Positions 25,725 through 38,117 of a stretch of 64,000 bases of DNA are shown in pieces. This DNA is from Vicugna vicugna (lineage: Eukaryota). The DNA is taken from assembly GCA_013265495.1 (NCBI GenBank), contig MU057615.1, forward strand, positions 248,001 to 312,000, in the 5' to 3' direction. Positions within the stretch are counted from its first letter, which is position 1. Every line of letters starts with the position of its first letter. The notes below the pieces were generated by a model. It worked only from the letters and a program-made list of their open reading frames with translations, was not told the DNA's origin and searched no databases. The position numbers and the translations under genes are program-made.

Positions 25725-26799
25725 AACACACTCCATTTTTTCAATAAAATACATTAGATGAAATATTGCCAGCAGCCCTGCCAACTGTGCCAAGCAAAGC
25801 AGGACACGGGGTTCTCTGGCACATATAAGGAAGCTATAATGCCTGAAGGAGAAGTGACTTTTGCCTTATAAAGCATCACCTAATGTGGAGCATTATACAA
25901 ATGTCATACCATTTTATTCACTATTTTTCTTAAAAACTTGTTGATTAATTGAAATAATAATGTTATCTCTTCTTAGATGATTGTTAGAAGCTTGAAAGTA
26001 AAAAAAATCTTTTGCAAAAATGTCTGACCATTACAGAGTCCCATGCTTTATTTGCATGCTATCGTAAGCAGAGTGGTGAATTCAGCAGTGGAATGTGGGC
26101 TGAGTCCAAATGACTGAGTTTGCATTGATTATTCTGCTGATTTGCTTTAGAAGCTGGCAATATTTACGGACCACATAACAGACTTTCTGCAATAGATTTC
26201 TTCTGCTACTTTTTATCTTTAATTGTAATTTGTTCAACAAAGGAACTGAGTTTACTTTTGCTCAGCAGAAATGCAAACATATAGCTTAAATGCTATATAT
26301 ATATGCACTTAATAGTAGCTATATTTCTAAAGTTCAAGACCCAAAGTCAAATCATTTCAGCAACAGAAAACACCCAGGACACAGTGAATCATTACAAGCA
26401 ACACAGAAGATGGCTCAGGCTTCCAAAATCTGTAGTTTCCCTTGATTAAATGCAAATCAAATGTCACTGAGAATAGTTCTCAGAAGAATATTAAAATCTA
26501 GCTTAAGCCCAGAAAATGGGAATTGAGGACTGAATTAAATGATTCCAGCTATAATATCACAGAAGCCACCTCCTGGTTGAAAAGTGAAAGAAGATATTTT
26601 AATAAAAAGATTTTTTGAAATCTTCAAGAACAAACGCAAATGAAAAGTGAAAGACACACATACACACACATGGGTCCTTGGGAAAGGAATGTCTGGATCA
26701 ATTTTAGTGAAAGAATAAATTATTTCACGTTTTAGATGAATTATGAGTATTTAGAGAATATAGAATAATAAAAATGCCCTGGGGGGTGGTTCTCATTAT

Positions 26800-29700
26800 T
26801 CTTTTCTTTTTTTGTTAAATTGAAGTATAGGTGGTTTACGACTTTGTGTCAGTTTCTGGCATACAGCATAATGTTTCAGTTATACGTGTGCGTACATACA
26901 TTCCTTTTCATATTCTTTTTCATTATAGGTTACTATAACATATCAAATACAATTCTTTGTGCTATACAGTAGATACTTGTTTATCTATTTTATATACAGT
27001 AGTTAGTATCTGCAAAGTTTGAACTCCCAATTTATCCCTTCTCACCTCCTCCCCCCGCCCCAGTAACCATAAGTTTGTTTTCTATGTCTGTGAGTTTGTT
27101 TCTGTTTTGTACATATGTTCATTTGTGTCATTTTTTCAGATTCCACATGTAAGAGATATCATGTGGTATTCTTTTTCTTTCTGGCTTACTTCACCCTTAG
27201 TATGATGATCTCCAGGCCTGTCCATGTTGCTACAAATGACATTATTTTATTCTTTTTTAAGGCTGAGTAGTATTTCATTGTGTATATATACCACATCTTT
27301 AGCCAGTCATCTGCCGGTGGACATTTAGGTTGCTCCCATGTCTTGGCTATTGTAAATAGTGCTGCTATGAACACTGAGTGCATACATCTTTTTAAATTAG
27401 AGTTTCCTCTGGATATATGCCCAGGAGTGGGGTTGCTGGATCACATGGTAAGTCTATTTTCAGTCTTTTGAGGACTCTTCATACTCTTTTCCATAATGGC
27501 TGCACCAAACTGCATTCCCACCAGCAGTGTAGGAGGGCTCCCTTTTCTCCACAGCCTCTCCAGCATTTATCGTTTGTGGGCTTTTGAATGGTGGCCATTC
27601 TGACTGGTGTGAGGTGATACCTCATTGTAGTTTTGATACACATTTCTCTGATAATTAGTGATGTTGAGTATTTTCTCATGTGCCGCTTGGCCATTTGTAT
27701 GTCTTCATTTGAGAAATATTTAGGTCTTCTGCCCATTCTTGGATTGGGTTGTTTGGGTTTCGTTTGTTTGTTTTTGTTATTGAGTTGTATGAGCTGTTTG
27801 TTGATTTTGTCAGTTGCATCATTTGCAAATATTTTCTCCCAATCCATAGGTTGTCTTTTTGTTTTACGTGTTGTTTTTCCTTTGCTTTGAAAAAGCGTAT
27901 AAATTTAATTAGGTCCCATTTATTTTGTTTTGCTTTTATTTCTATTGCCTGTGTAGACTGCCCTAGGAAAACATTGCTAAGATTTATGTCAGAGAATGTT
28001 TGCCTATGTTTTCTTCTATACAGTCTAGTGTCTTGTCTTATGTTTAAGTCTTTAAGACATTTTAAGCTTATTTTTGTGTAAGGTGTGAGGGAGTATTCTA
28101 ACCTTATTGATTTACATGCTGCGGTACAGTTTTCCCAACACCACTTGCTGAAGAGACTTCTTTTCTCCTTTGTATGTTCTTGCCTTCTTTGTCAAAGATT
28201 AATTGTAAGTCTATGGGTTTATTTCTGGGCTCTCTCTTCTGTTCATTGATCCGTATGTCTGCATTTGTCCCAATACCAGGCTGTTTTGATTACTGTAGTA
28301 TTGTTTGAAGTCTGGGAGGGTTATGCTTACAGCGTTGTTCTTTTTCTTTGGTAATCTTCTGGGAATTCTGGCTATTTAGTGATACTGTAGAAATTTTAGG
28401 ATTATTTAGTCTAGTTTGGTGAAAAATGTTCTGGGTAATTTGATACGGATCCCATTAAATATGTAAATTTGCTTTGGGTACTATGGCCATTTTATCAATA
28501 TTAATTCTTTCAATCCAAAAGCATGGGATATTTTTCCATTTCTTTAAGTTGTCCTTAGTTCCTTAATGTTTTATAGTTCTCTGTGTGTGTAAGTCTTTTA
28601 CTTCCTTGGTCAGATTTATTCCTTAGAATTTGTTTTTTTGATGAGAATTTAAAAGGGATTGTTTCTTTACTTTCCTTTTCTGACATTTCATTGTTAGTGT
28701 AAAGAAGTGCAACAGATTTCTGTATGTTAATCTTGAGTCCTGCTACCTTGCCGAATTTGTTTATCACCTCTAGTAGTTTTTGTGTGGAGCCTTTAGGGTT
28801 TTCTCTATGTAGTATCATGCCATCCATATGTAGTGACAGTTTCACCTCTTCTCTTCCAATTTGGATCCCTTTTATTTCTTTTCCTTGTCTGAATGCTATG
28901 GGTAGGACTTCCAATACTATGTTGAATAGAATTGGTGAGAGTGGGCGCCTTATCTTGTTCCAAATTTTAGTGGGAAGCTTTTGCATTTCACCATTGAGTA
29001 CTATGTTGACTATAGGTTTGTCATAAATAGCTTTTATTATGTTGAGATATATTCTCTCTATATCCACTTTAGCAAGGATTTTATCATAAATGGGTGCTGA
29101 ATTTTATCAAATGATTTTTTCTGCATCTATTGAGGAGATCATGTGATTTTTGTCCTTTCTGTTGTTGATGTGGTGTATCACATTGATTAATTTGCCTATG
29201 TTGAACCATCATTGTGTCCCTGGGATGAATCCAACTTGATCATGGTGTATGATGTTTTAAATTTGTTGTTGGATCAGTTTGCTAATATTTTGCTGAGAAT
29301 TTTTGCATCTATATTCATCAAAGATATTGACATGTAATTTTCTTTTTGGTAGTGTCTTTGTCTGGTATTGGTATCAGGATGATGGTGACTTCCTAGAATG
29401 AATTTGGGAGTGTTCCCTCCTCTACAGTCTTTTAGAAGAGTTTGAGGATGATTGGTATAAGTCCTTCTTTGTATGTCTAGTAGAATTCCTCAGTGAAGCC
29501 TTTTGGTCTTGGATTTTGTTTGGAGGGAGGATTTTATTTAATTTCTAGTGACTGGTCTGTTCAAATTATCTATTTACTCTTGATTCAGTTTTGGTGAATT
29601 GTACGTTATAGAAACTTGTCATTTCTTCTAAGTTGTCCAATTTGTTGCCATATAGTTATTCATAGCATTCTCTTACAGTTTTTTGTATTTCTGTGGTGTT

Positions 29701-29972
29701 GGCTGTAATTTTTCAACTTTCATTTCTTATTTTATTCATTTGTGTCCTCTCTCTTTACTTCTTGGTGAGCCCAGCCAGAGGTTTGTTGATTTGGCTTGCT
29801 CTTTCAAAAAACCAGCTCTTGGTTTGATTGATTTTTTTCTATTTTTTAATCTCTATTTTATTTATTTATTCCTTGATCTTTATTGTTTCTTTCCCTCTGT
29901 TAACTTTAGGTTTTGTTCTTTTTTTCTAATTCTTTTAGTTGGTAATTAGGTTGTTTATTTGAGATTGTTCTT
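26800..29972 (-). mobile_element. ~3.2 kb 5'-truncated L1 (degraded ORF2 including RT region, plus 3'UTR)
   Basis: Remnants [54 protein letters not shown] and HCWWEC, with many frameshifts and stops. T-rich tail at the left. Confidence 0.97.
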
Positions 29973-30358
29973 GATTAGTTATTTAGTTCATCAATACAAT
30001 TCTGAATTTCACGTTAATGTTAAATGTGTAAAGGTGGTCAAAAATAGTCTTGTTGATAATAAAAGTAATACAAAAGCTTTTAACTTTTTAAACCCCTCAT
30101 ATGTATCAAACTCTGCACTAGGCATTTTCTATACATGATGTTTTACCCTAATGTTAACTTTCCAATATAGACTTTATATTGTTTGTATTTATATTACTAG
30201 ATCAGATTGAGTCTCTTAATTTTTAATTTGTTATATATCTTGATTAGTGTAACTGGCATACAATAAAATGCACATATCTTAGATATTCAGTTTAATGTAT
30301 TTTGACACTTGCCTATATCTGTGTAACCATAATCCAAAAAATATATTGAATATTTATT

Positions 30359-30896
30359 TCTGGTATCACAAAAATAACATATATGCTTATGTGTTGAGCA
30401 TATCTTTCTTTTTCTGATGCTTTGACCTCCTGGCACTTTGCTGACACTGAAAGGGACTGCCCCTCTAAGGGTCAGCTAATTCCAAGGGATAGCAAACAAC
30501 TTGCCTGGGAGCAAAGCCACCAATCCAGAGTTCGTATCCCCAGCCACCTCCACCACTGGCTTTTACACTCGGGGCCACTATCTGCCTGCCCTAACCGCTC
30601 CGTGCCAGACAACTAGGGACAGCCTCTGTGCCCCAGAGCCTGCTGCAATTACTGAAACTAGCCAGTGTTAAGCTACTTACTCTGCTTTATCCATTCCTTT
30701 TGGTGAAAAACACAATAAAGACTCTTGTCCACAGATTCCTCCCACTTCCTTTGCTTTCTGATCTACCCTGGAGCTTCTTTGTGTGGTCCCCTGTAGCATG
30801 GCATATCCTGTTTTCTTGGGAGCTATCTTTTCAATGATAATTGCCCCCCCCTTTTAGCATCAGTATATGTGAATAAAAAACTTGCATTTTAAAACA
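30359..30896 (+). mobile_element. ERVL-class solo LTR (MER77/MER68-like)
   Basis: GGGACTGCCCCTC...CCAATCCAGAG...CAGACAACTAGGGACAGCC...ACAATAAAG...CATTTTAAAACA terminus. Confidence 0.8.
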
Positions 30897-30962
30897 CTTT
30901 ACCCTAAAATTCCTCACAGCCCTAAAGCAATAGCATTATGATTTCTGTCACTAAAAATTACT

Positions 30963-32521
30963 ATTATCTTTGACCTTTAACAGTTTGACTACCATTTTTC
31001 AGGATGTGGGTCTCTTTGTGTTTATTCTACTTGGAGTTTGTTGAGCTTTTAGAACATGCAGGTTAAGGTTTGTATCAAATTTTGAAAGTTTTTAACCATT
31101 CTTTCTTCAAATAGATTTCTTATTCCTTTATCTCTCTCCTCTCCTGGCACTGCCATCACATGTGTGTTGGAGTGCTAAGTGATGTCCCACAGGTCTCTGA
31201 GGCTCTTCTTATTTTTCTTCATTATTTTTTTAGTGTTTTTAGAGTAAACAGTGCTTATTGAACTATCTTTAAGTTCACTGATTCTTTCTACTACCAGTTG
31301 AAATCTGCTGTTGACTCCCTCTGGTGAAGTGTTTTTTTTTTTTTTTTTTAATTATCCTTTCAAATCCAAAATTTCCATTAGGTTCAATTTTATAATTTCA
31401 TTATATATATATTGGTAGTCTCTATTTGGTAAGACATCCTTATAATACTTTGCTTTAATTTTGTAAGAAAAAGTTTCCTTTAGTTCTTCGAATAGATTTG
31501 TAAGATCTTCTTTGTAGCCTTTGACTGCTTGTCCAACACCTTGACCCCTTCAAAGAGAGTTTCTATTGATTTTTTTCCCTTGCGTGAATCACACTTTTCT
31601 GTTTCTTTTAATGTCTCATAATTTTTGTTGAAAACTGGACATTTAGGTGATATAGCAACTCTGTATCCTCATATCCCTGGTAGTCATTGTTGCAGTTTTT
31701 TGTTTGTTTATGGACTTGCCTCAACTAATTCAGTAGCATCTGTTAGCCTCACAGAAAAGGCCTCTGATGTTTCATTCTTTCTATTCTTTTTCATTTTTTA
31801 AAAATAATTTAATATTTGGCTCCATAACCATTGCCTACAGATCAGCAACTTAGTGGTGACCATTGATTAGTCAGAGGTTGTGTTTAAATCCCTTGAGTAA
31901 GTTACATTTTCACTTTTTGCTGTTGAATTTTTTAAACTGAGGGGCCTAACAAACCTGCCCTATTCAGCCAGGTGCTTGTGGTTCCAGAGATCCTCTCCAC
32001 CCTCTTCTGAGTGGGTGCAGGGAAAGGGAAATCTTAGCAGGGCCCTCTTTGGTTGGATATATGTGCTTTATTTCTGGAGGGTCTGCTTTTTGTTACTTTC
32101 CTCAATTAACACTACAGCAGTGTTAGCCTTGTGATTGTTTGCCACTAATTTCTCTGTTGTTTTAATAAATGCTCTCAGATTTTTCCATAGGATTTTGGTA
32201 TTTTTAATGGCATTTTCCTATGCTATGCACCAAATAAAATTAACCTTGTATGGTTGTGCAGTGGAGCTGACAGCACTCATGGAAGGCCCTACCCCCTGGG
32301 CATAACTTGCATGTTATGGAACTGGGGACGGACGGAAACAGTACGTGGCTAAAATGACATAGATTGGCACCATTTATGTCCAGCCCAATAGCTTTTCTTG
32401 TATAAAGTCTTCTCAATTTATTGTGTGTCCTTCAGCCAATAGAGACTTAAAATTATAATTCTTGAAAGCTGTCAATTTTATCATTGCTTTTGGGGAAAGG
32501 AATTAATCAAGCCCCTCTGCT
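30963..32521 (-). mobile_element. Ancient L1 5'UTR plus partial ORF1, 3'-truncated
   Basis: Antisense ORF1-type sequence (CAGGTCTCTGAGGCTCTT...AAGTTCACTGATTCTTTC...AATCTGCTGTTGA). Flanked by ACTAAA(A/G)ATTACT at 30950-30962 and 32522-32534. Confidence 0.75.
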
Positions 32522-32685
32522 ACTAAAGATTACTTGTGTTATTTCCTGGATTATCATAAAAATGGGATTATACAGTGTGGACTGGTGTGTGCGTGTATAT
32601 GTGAGCTATGTGCATGTGTTTGTATCTGATGACTTTTGATGAGAAAATCTTCCATCTTACTGTTTGTGTAAGCAGGCTTTCTATT

Positions 32686-35600
32686 TTTTTTAATTTTAAA
32701 TTTATAAAAAATTTTGCCTTCACATAGAAACTTCAGATATAGTATAGATAAAATCTGTGTACCCTATACACAGGATATATAATATAGTCCCAATGTACTA
32801 TCACCAGACCAAGGACATTGACTTTGCTACAATATATTGACTAAACTACAAAACCTATTTGGATTTCACCACTTTTAAAATGCTCTGTGTGTGTCTCTAT
32901 GACAACTTATCATGTGTATAGATTTGTGTAACCTCTACTATAATCAAGATGTAGATTTATTTTATTGCTTAAAGATGTATCTTATCCATTTATAATCATA
33001 TCTTCTACACAAATCTGTCACAGCCTCTAATCTGTTCTCCATAATTAATTTTATTTCAAGAATGTTATGCAAATAGAACCATAGGACATTTAACTTATTT
33101 AGACCATCTGTTTTCATTCAGACTAATGTCATCCAAACTGTTGCACATATCAATGGTTTCTTTTATTGATGCATAGTGCTCTATCGTATGGATTTAGTAC
33201 AGTTTATGTGTTTTTATTTACCAATTTTATCTTTCATGGATATTGATTTTGTGGCAAATCTAAGAACTCTTCAGTGAGTCCTAGATCATGAAGGTTTTTC
33301 CTCTGTTATTTTCTAAAAATATTGTAGTTTTGTTTACATTTCCATCTATAATCCAGTGTGAGTTTATATTTGCAGTATATAAGGTGTAAGGTTTAGATTA
33401 AGGTTCATTGTTTAGATTGTTTTAACACCGTGTGCTAAAAAGCCAGTCAACACTCTATTGAATTACTTTTGCATCTTTACCAAAAAAATTAGTTGGCTAT
33501 GATTGTGTAAATCTGTTTCTGGCCTCTCTATTTTGTTTAATTGCTCCATGAGTTTATCCCTATGCTAATTCCACACTGTATTTATCATTGTATGCATATA
33601 GTAAGTCTTTAAATTAGATAGTGTGATTCCTCTGTCTTCTTCTTTTTCAAAATTGTTTTATCTAGTCTGGTTCATTTTCCTGTACCTATAAGATTAAAAA
33701 ATATCTAGTCTAGTTCATTCTCCTATATGCATAGGATTTTGAAATATCTCTCTTTAGCTCCAAAAAAATCCTCTTGGGATTTTGATAGGACTCGTATAGT
33801 GTTAGTGGCTGCTCCAGGAATTATAGCATACATATTTAACTTAACTGTGGTCTGCCACTGTCAACATTTTACCATGTGGAGTGTAGAAACCTTATAAACA
33901 CTTAATTCCTTTACCTACACCTCTCCTTTGTATAATTGTTTTACATTTTTTATACATCTACTCTAACATTGAGAATTACAGTGTTGTTATTTTTATTTTT
34001 ATTTAATTTTATTTATTGTTTATTTTATTTAATCATCAAACATAATTTTAATAGAAGAATAGTATGTTATAGTAACTAAGGTATTTACCTTTTCTTAGTG
34101 CCTGATGCTCCATATTTCCTCCTGCTGTCCCTTCTGAGTAACTTTCTTTAACAATTGTTTTAGAGTGGGTCTGGTAGCAACAAGTTCTCTTAGTTTTCCT
34201 TCATCTAAGAATGTCTTTCTTGCCTTGATTTCTGCAGGACATTTTTCTTAGGTATAGAATTATGGGTTGACAGTTTTCTTTCAGCATGTGACAAGCTTTG
34301 TGCCACCTCCTTTTGAACTCCATGATTTCTGATGAAAAAATCTTCTGTCATCTGCATAGTTGTTCCCTTGCAGTTAATTCTCCATGTCCCTTTGGCTCCT
34401 TTCAATATATTTTTTCTTTTTAAAACATTCAAAAATTCGATTCTGCTGCATCTGTGTGTCTGGGTATGGGTTTTTGAGACTGTATTGTTTTGGGGAAGGT
34501 TTCTTAGCTTCTTGAATCTGTAGGTTTACCTTTTTCACCAATTTTGGGAAGTTTTCACCCATTATTTTTTTCAAAACTTTTTGCCACTTTTGAGACTTCC
34601 ATCACACAAACATTAGTTCTCCTGTTATAGCTCAGAGGTCTCTGAGGCTCTGTTCCTATTTTCACAATTGGCTCTTTTTTTGTTGTTCAGATTTGAAAGT
34701 TTCTTCTCTCCCACCTTCAGATCCCCTGATTTTCTTCTTCTATCATCTCCAGTCCACTCTTGAGCCCATCCATTGTGTGTTTTTTTCAGTTACTGCATTT
34801 CTTAGTTCTAAATTTTTTGTCTAGTTCCTTTGTGTGTTGTCTATTTGCTGAGACAGTTTATTTTCCCATATTTTTAACGCATTTAAAATTATTTGTTGAA
34901 ACAGCTTTTTGAGCACGGCTTTAAAATCCTCATCAGAGGAATCCACCACATGTGTTTTCCTGGTGTTGATGGCTTCTGATTGTCTTTTCTCATTTGAATT
35001 GTGATGTCACTGTTTTTGATATGATGAGCAATTTTGGATTGTATTCTGGATACTCTGAATATGAAATTTTGAGACTTCAGTACTTATTTAAATCTATGAT
35101 TTTAGCAAAAAAAATCAGTTGTTTTCCAGATGCACATTCTGGCTCACATTTGTGGGATGTAATTTGAATGTTAATTTTGTTTTCAAAGTCTATTTAGCAC
35201 TATTCTATCCTGCCCTACTTTGTGCTACCCGTAGGCCATTTGTAATCACATTTTCCATATTCTAGTTTATTTCTTAAAACTTTCTTGTTCATTTTGAACA
35301 GTTTAGTGTATGCCACCATTTTGGTTGTGTGCCCAGGACTTGCTTCACAGATACAAAATATTTTCCCCAGATTTCTCCTCTTTAGGTGGAAGAGGTGGAA
35401 AGCCAGTGCTGTTTGTTGCTTGCTTAGTGCATGCTGGGGATTGCTGGCAGGGCTTTCTCTCCCAGTCTCCACAAACCCAAGGGAAGAGTGGGAAGAGTAC
35501 TGCTTCCTCCTATGACAGCGAGGGGCTGGTGGACTTTTCAGTGCTTTGCCCCACAATCTCGATAACACCTGGTGGGAAAAATGAAGATCACAGCTATTTT

Positions 35601-36004
35601 TGTGGTGTTCACCTGGAGTAGGGTAGGTGTAGCCCATCTTGCAGGATCACCATCTTCCTTACCTTACATCAGTTAGGGACAGTGGGGTGTGTGTGTGTGT
35701 GTGTCTGTGTGTACACGTGTGCATACCCATGGATACATGTGTGCAAGTGTGTATCTGTGTCATTGGCATTTTCAAGTTGCAGGCTACTCAGTTTCCCAGG
35801 CCAACATATATAAGAGATATACATTCAAAATTCCAGGAAACTCACCACTATGTCTTCTCTTGAGTCTTAAATTCCCCAGCCATTCTAACTTCTTTCTCCA
35901 GCTTTCAGAGTCTTCTGAGAGTTGTTTTATACATATTTCCCAGGGTTTGGAGTTATGATTAGAAAGAGGAATAAGGTGGAACATGCTTATTCTCTCTTGT
36001 CTGA
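32686..36004 (-). mobile_element. L1MC-like element(s): 3'UTR plus ORF2 end (32686-33797) joined to spacer, ORF1 and 5'UTR (33798-36004)
   Basis: ORF1 remnant IMGENFPKLVKKVNLQIQEAKKP; antisense ORF2-end motifs at 33250-33790; L1MC-type 3' terminus at the left. Confidence 0.75.
35687..35760. repeat. Degenerate (TG)n microsatellite
   Basis: Read directly. Confidence 0.8.
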
Positions 36005-37030
36005 ATCTTTTTTTGATGAGTATTATTCTGTTGCGTGAATAATAAAACAATGAAAACCCAAAATTTATTTTTCCTTCTTGTAAATGTGCTTTGGGTTGTT
36101 TCTAGTTTTATTTTTACTGTTACGAAAAGGTTGCTATAAACATTCTTGTTCAATTTTTCAAGCATCTATTTCATTTGTCTTAAATAAATGGAAGTACTGG
36201 GTCATAGGGAATATATGTTTTTAACAGGTGAGAATGGTCAAGGAATATGGGATAGTAAGCATTTCTTCCTTGTGTTTTTGGAGATTTAGACCTAGGTTAG
36301 GGAACGTGACAGTAGTTTTAATGAAACAACCATACTTTTAGTATACAATGGCTGACTGGGCGTAGCAATTACTTCTCTTCTAACCCATTATCCCACCAAC
36401 ATTACAAAAACATGTTAAATGATTTCATAGTATCACAAAAAAGTCCAGGAAGGGTTTCATGATTAGAACAGAATATTGAAGAATATGTGGAGAATAAAAG
36501 TCAGTGGAGTAGTATTCAATAGTAAAGATAAAGGAACTATGATGACATCCAGTAATAAGGATAATTATGGAGCAATATTATCTTTAATGAAAAAAGTCTT
36601 AGAAGATTATTGACATCATTGTTTACAGAAAGATGACCTCTACAAAAAGTGAAAAACAGACATATATTATCGTATATAAGTGTATATAAAATATATAAAA
36701 CATAAATGTGATTTTTAAAATAGATTTTTAAAAATATAGAGACAGGCAGTAAAACTATATAGAAGGAATTCTAGGAAATGGTGGACACCAATATCATTAT
36801 TCCACTGTGATTATGCAAGTGGGTGGGTTTGGGGAGATGGCTTAGTTAGATACAGACTATTACCAAACTCCTAACTTTTCTTCAGGTGTTGGTTTTTCAG
36901 GACCTTGTTACAGTGTTAAAATATCTAGTTGAATAAATGAATAACGGGATACTTTAAATGGGCCAATGATAAGTGTATATCATGAACAAGGATTCATCCA
37001 ATTATGTACATTCAATGTCCTTTAAAAAAT

Positions 37031-37136
37031 AAAGGGAGAAAGAAAGGAAAGAAGGAAAAGGGAGGTAGAGAGGAATGAAGGAAAGAAGGGAGGAAGGGAG
37101 GGAGGGAGGAAAGAAGGAAGGAAGGAAGGGACAAAA
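37031..37136. repeat. (GGAA)n/(GGGA)n purine-rich low-complexity tract
   Basis: Read directly. Confidence 0.85.
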
Positions 37137-37479
37137 AGTAAACATGGGGTTATGTTAACTGTGATTCAAACATTGTTGGCAAGTCTGCAGCACAGGCAAG
37201 GCTGAAAGGACTTATTTCCAGCAGGTCTCACTAAAGCCTCAGCCCTCTTCACAGCACTACAGAGCAGGACTAGTCCTTGGCAATGTTTAGGGGAAATGAC
37301 TTCATGGGCTTTGGGTTTCTGCAATAATACTGCAATCTGAGATTGTTGACTGTGGTGTCTTATTCCACATATAAACTATGAAAACAGGTTTGTAAGTAAC
37401 GTATATGCAGCACAGCGTGCTGAGTAAGTGTGGAGTCCCGACAGGGTCAGTGGAAAGTGCACCAACAGGCTTTCAGAGA

Positions 37480-38110
37480 CTCCAAGAACACAGAGTTAAG
37501 GCACAATATAGAAAACCTTAAAATGATAATCTGAGGGAGACTCGAGCAGCTGATGCATCCCTAAAACAACAGCAGATGCTGTGTAAAATAAGGAGGAAGC
37601 ATATTTCTAGAGAATCAACTATTTGAATCCTAAACCTTCAAGAATGAAGATTCAGTAAAATGGACAGAATAGTAATTAGACAACACTGTGATCTGGTAAA
37701 TGAAACTGAAGAATTATTGCAGAATATGGAGAGAAAAAGCAATCCAGTAACAGAGTCAGCTTCAGAAAATAAAAACTGAAATTACACAGAGAGAGATAGA
37801 GACAGAAGAGGAGAGTAGAGAAGGCGGGGAGGAAAAGACAGTAGAGCTTCGTTGGGAAAGAATAACTAAAAAAAAAAAAAAGGAAAGAAAAAACAAATAG
37901 AAGAAATTGTCCTTCAGCAGATGACCTTTGTAAATGTCTGCAGAGCGCCTTTAGGGCTGTCTGCTTATGCCCTTCTCCCATCCCCATCCCACAGATAATG
38001 CATGATCATGACATTTATGAAAACCAAGAATGAAATAAATTTTACATGCTTCACAGGGAAATAGTGAATAAAGTTTGGCCATATTGACATAAACCTTCAT
38101 CATCTAAACA
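37480..38110 (+). mobile_element. Highly degraded L1/HAL1-type ORF1 remnant
   Basis: A-rich sense sequence with ORF1-like motifs (GTGATCTGGTAAATGAAACTGAAGAATT...CAGAAT; GACATTTATGAAAACCAAGAATGAAATAAAT). Confidence 0.45.
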
Positions 38111-38117
38111 ATAAAAA

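Larger units (their letters stand above)
30218..36240 (-). mobile_element. Ancient L1ME-like 3' end split into four pieces (about 30218-30358, 30897-30962, 32522-32685, 36005-36240) by three later insertions
   Basis: Consecutive L1ME-type 3'UTR motifs resume after each insert: CATACAATAAAATGCACATATCTTA / ATTATGATTTCTGTCACTA / CATAAAAATGGGATTATACAGT / GATGAGTATTATTCTGTTG. Confidence 0.65.

Noticed and set aside
28555..29067. 170-aa reverse-transcriptase-like ORF
   Set aside because: Frameshifted L1 ORF2 remnant; the catalytic FADD-type motif is degraded (LHMDGM), so it is not a functional or novel RT.
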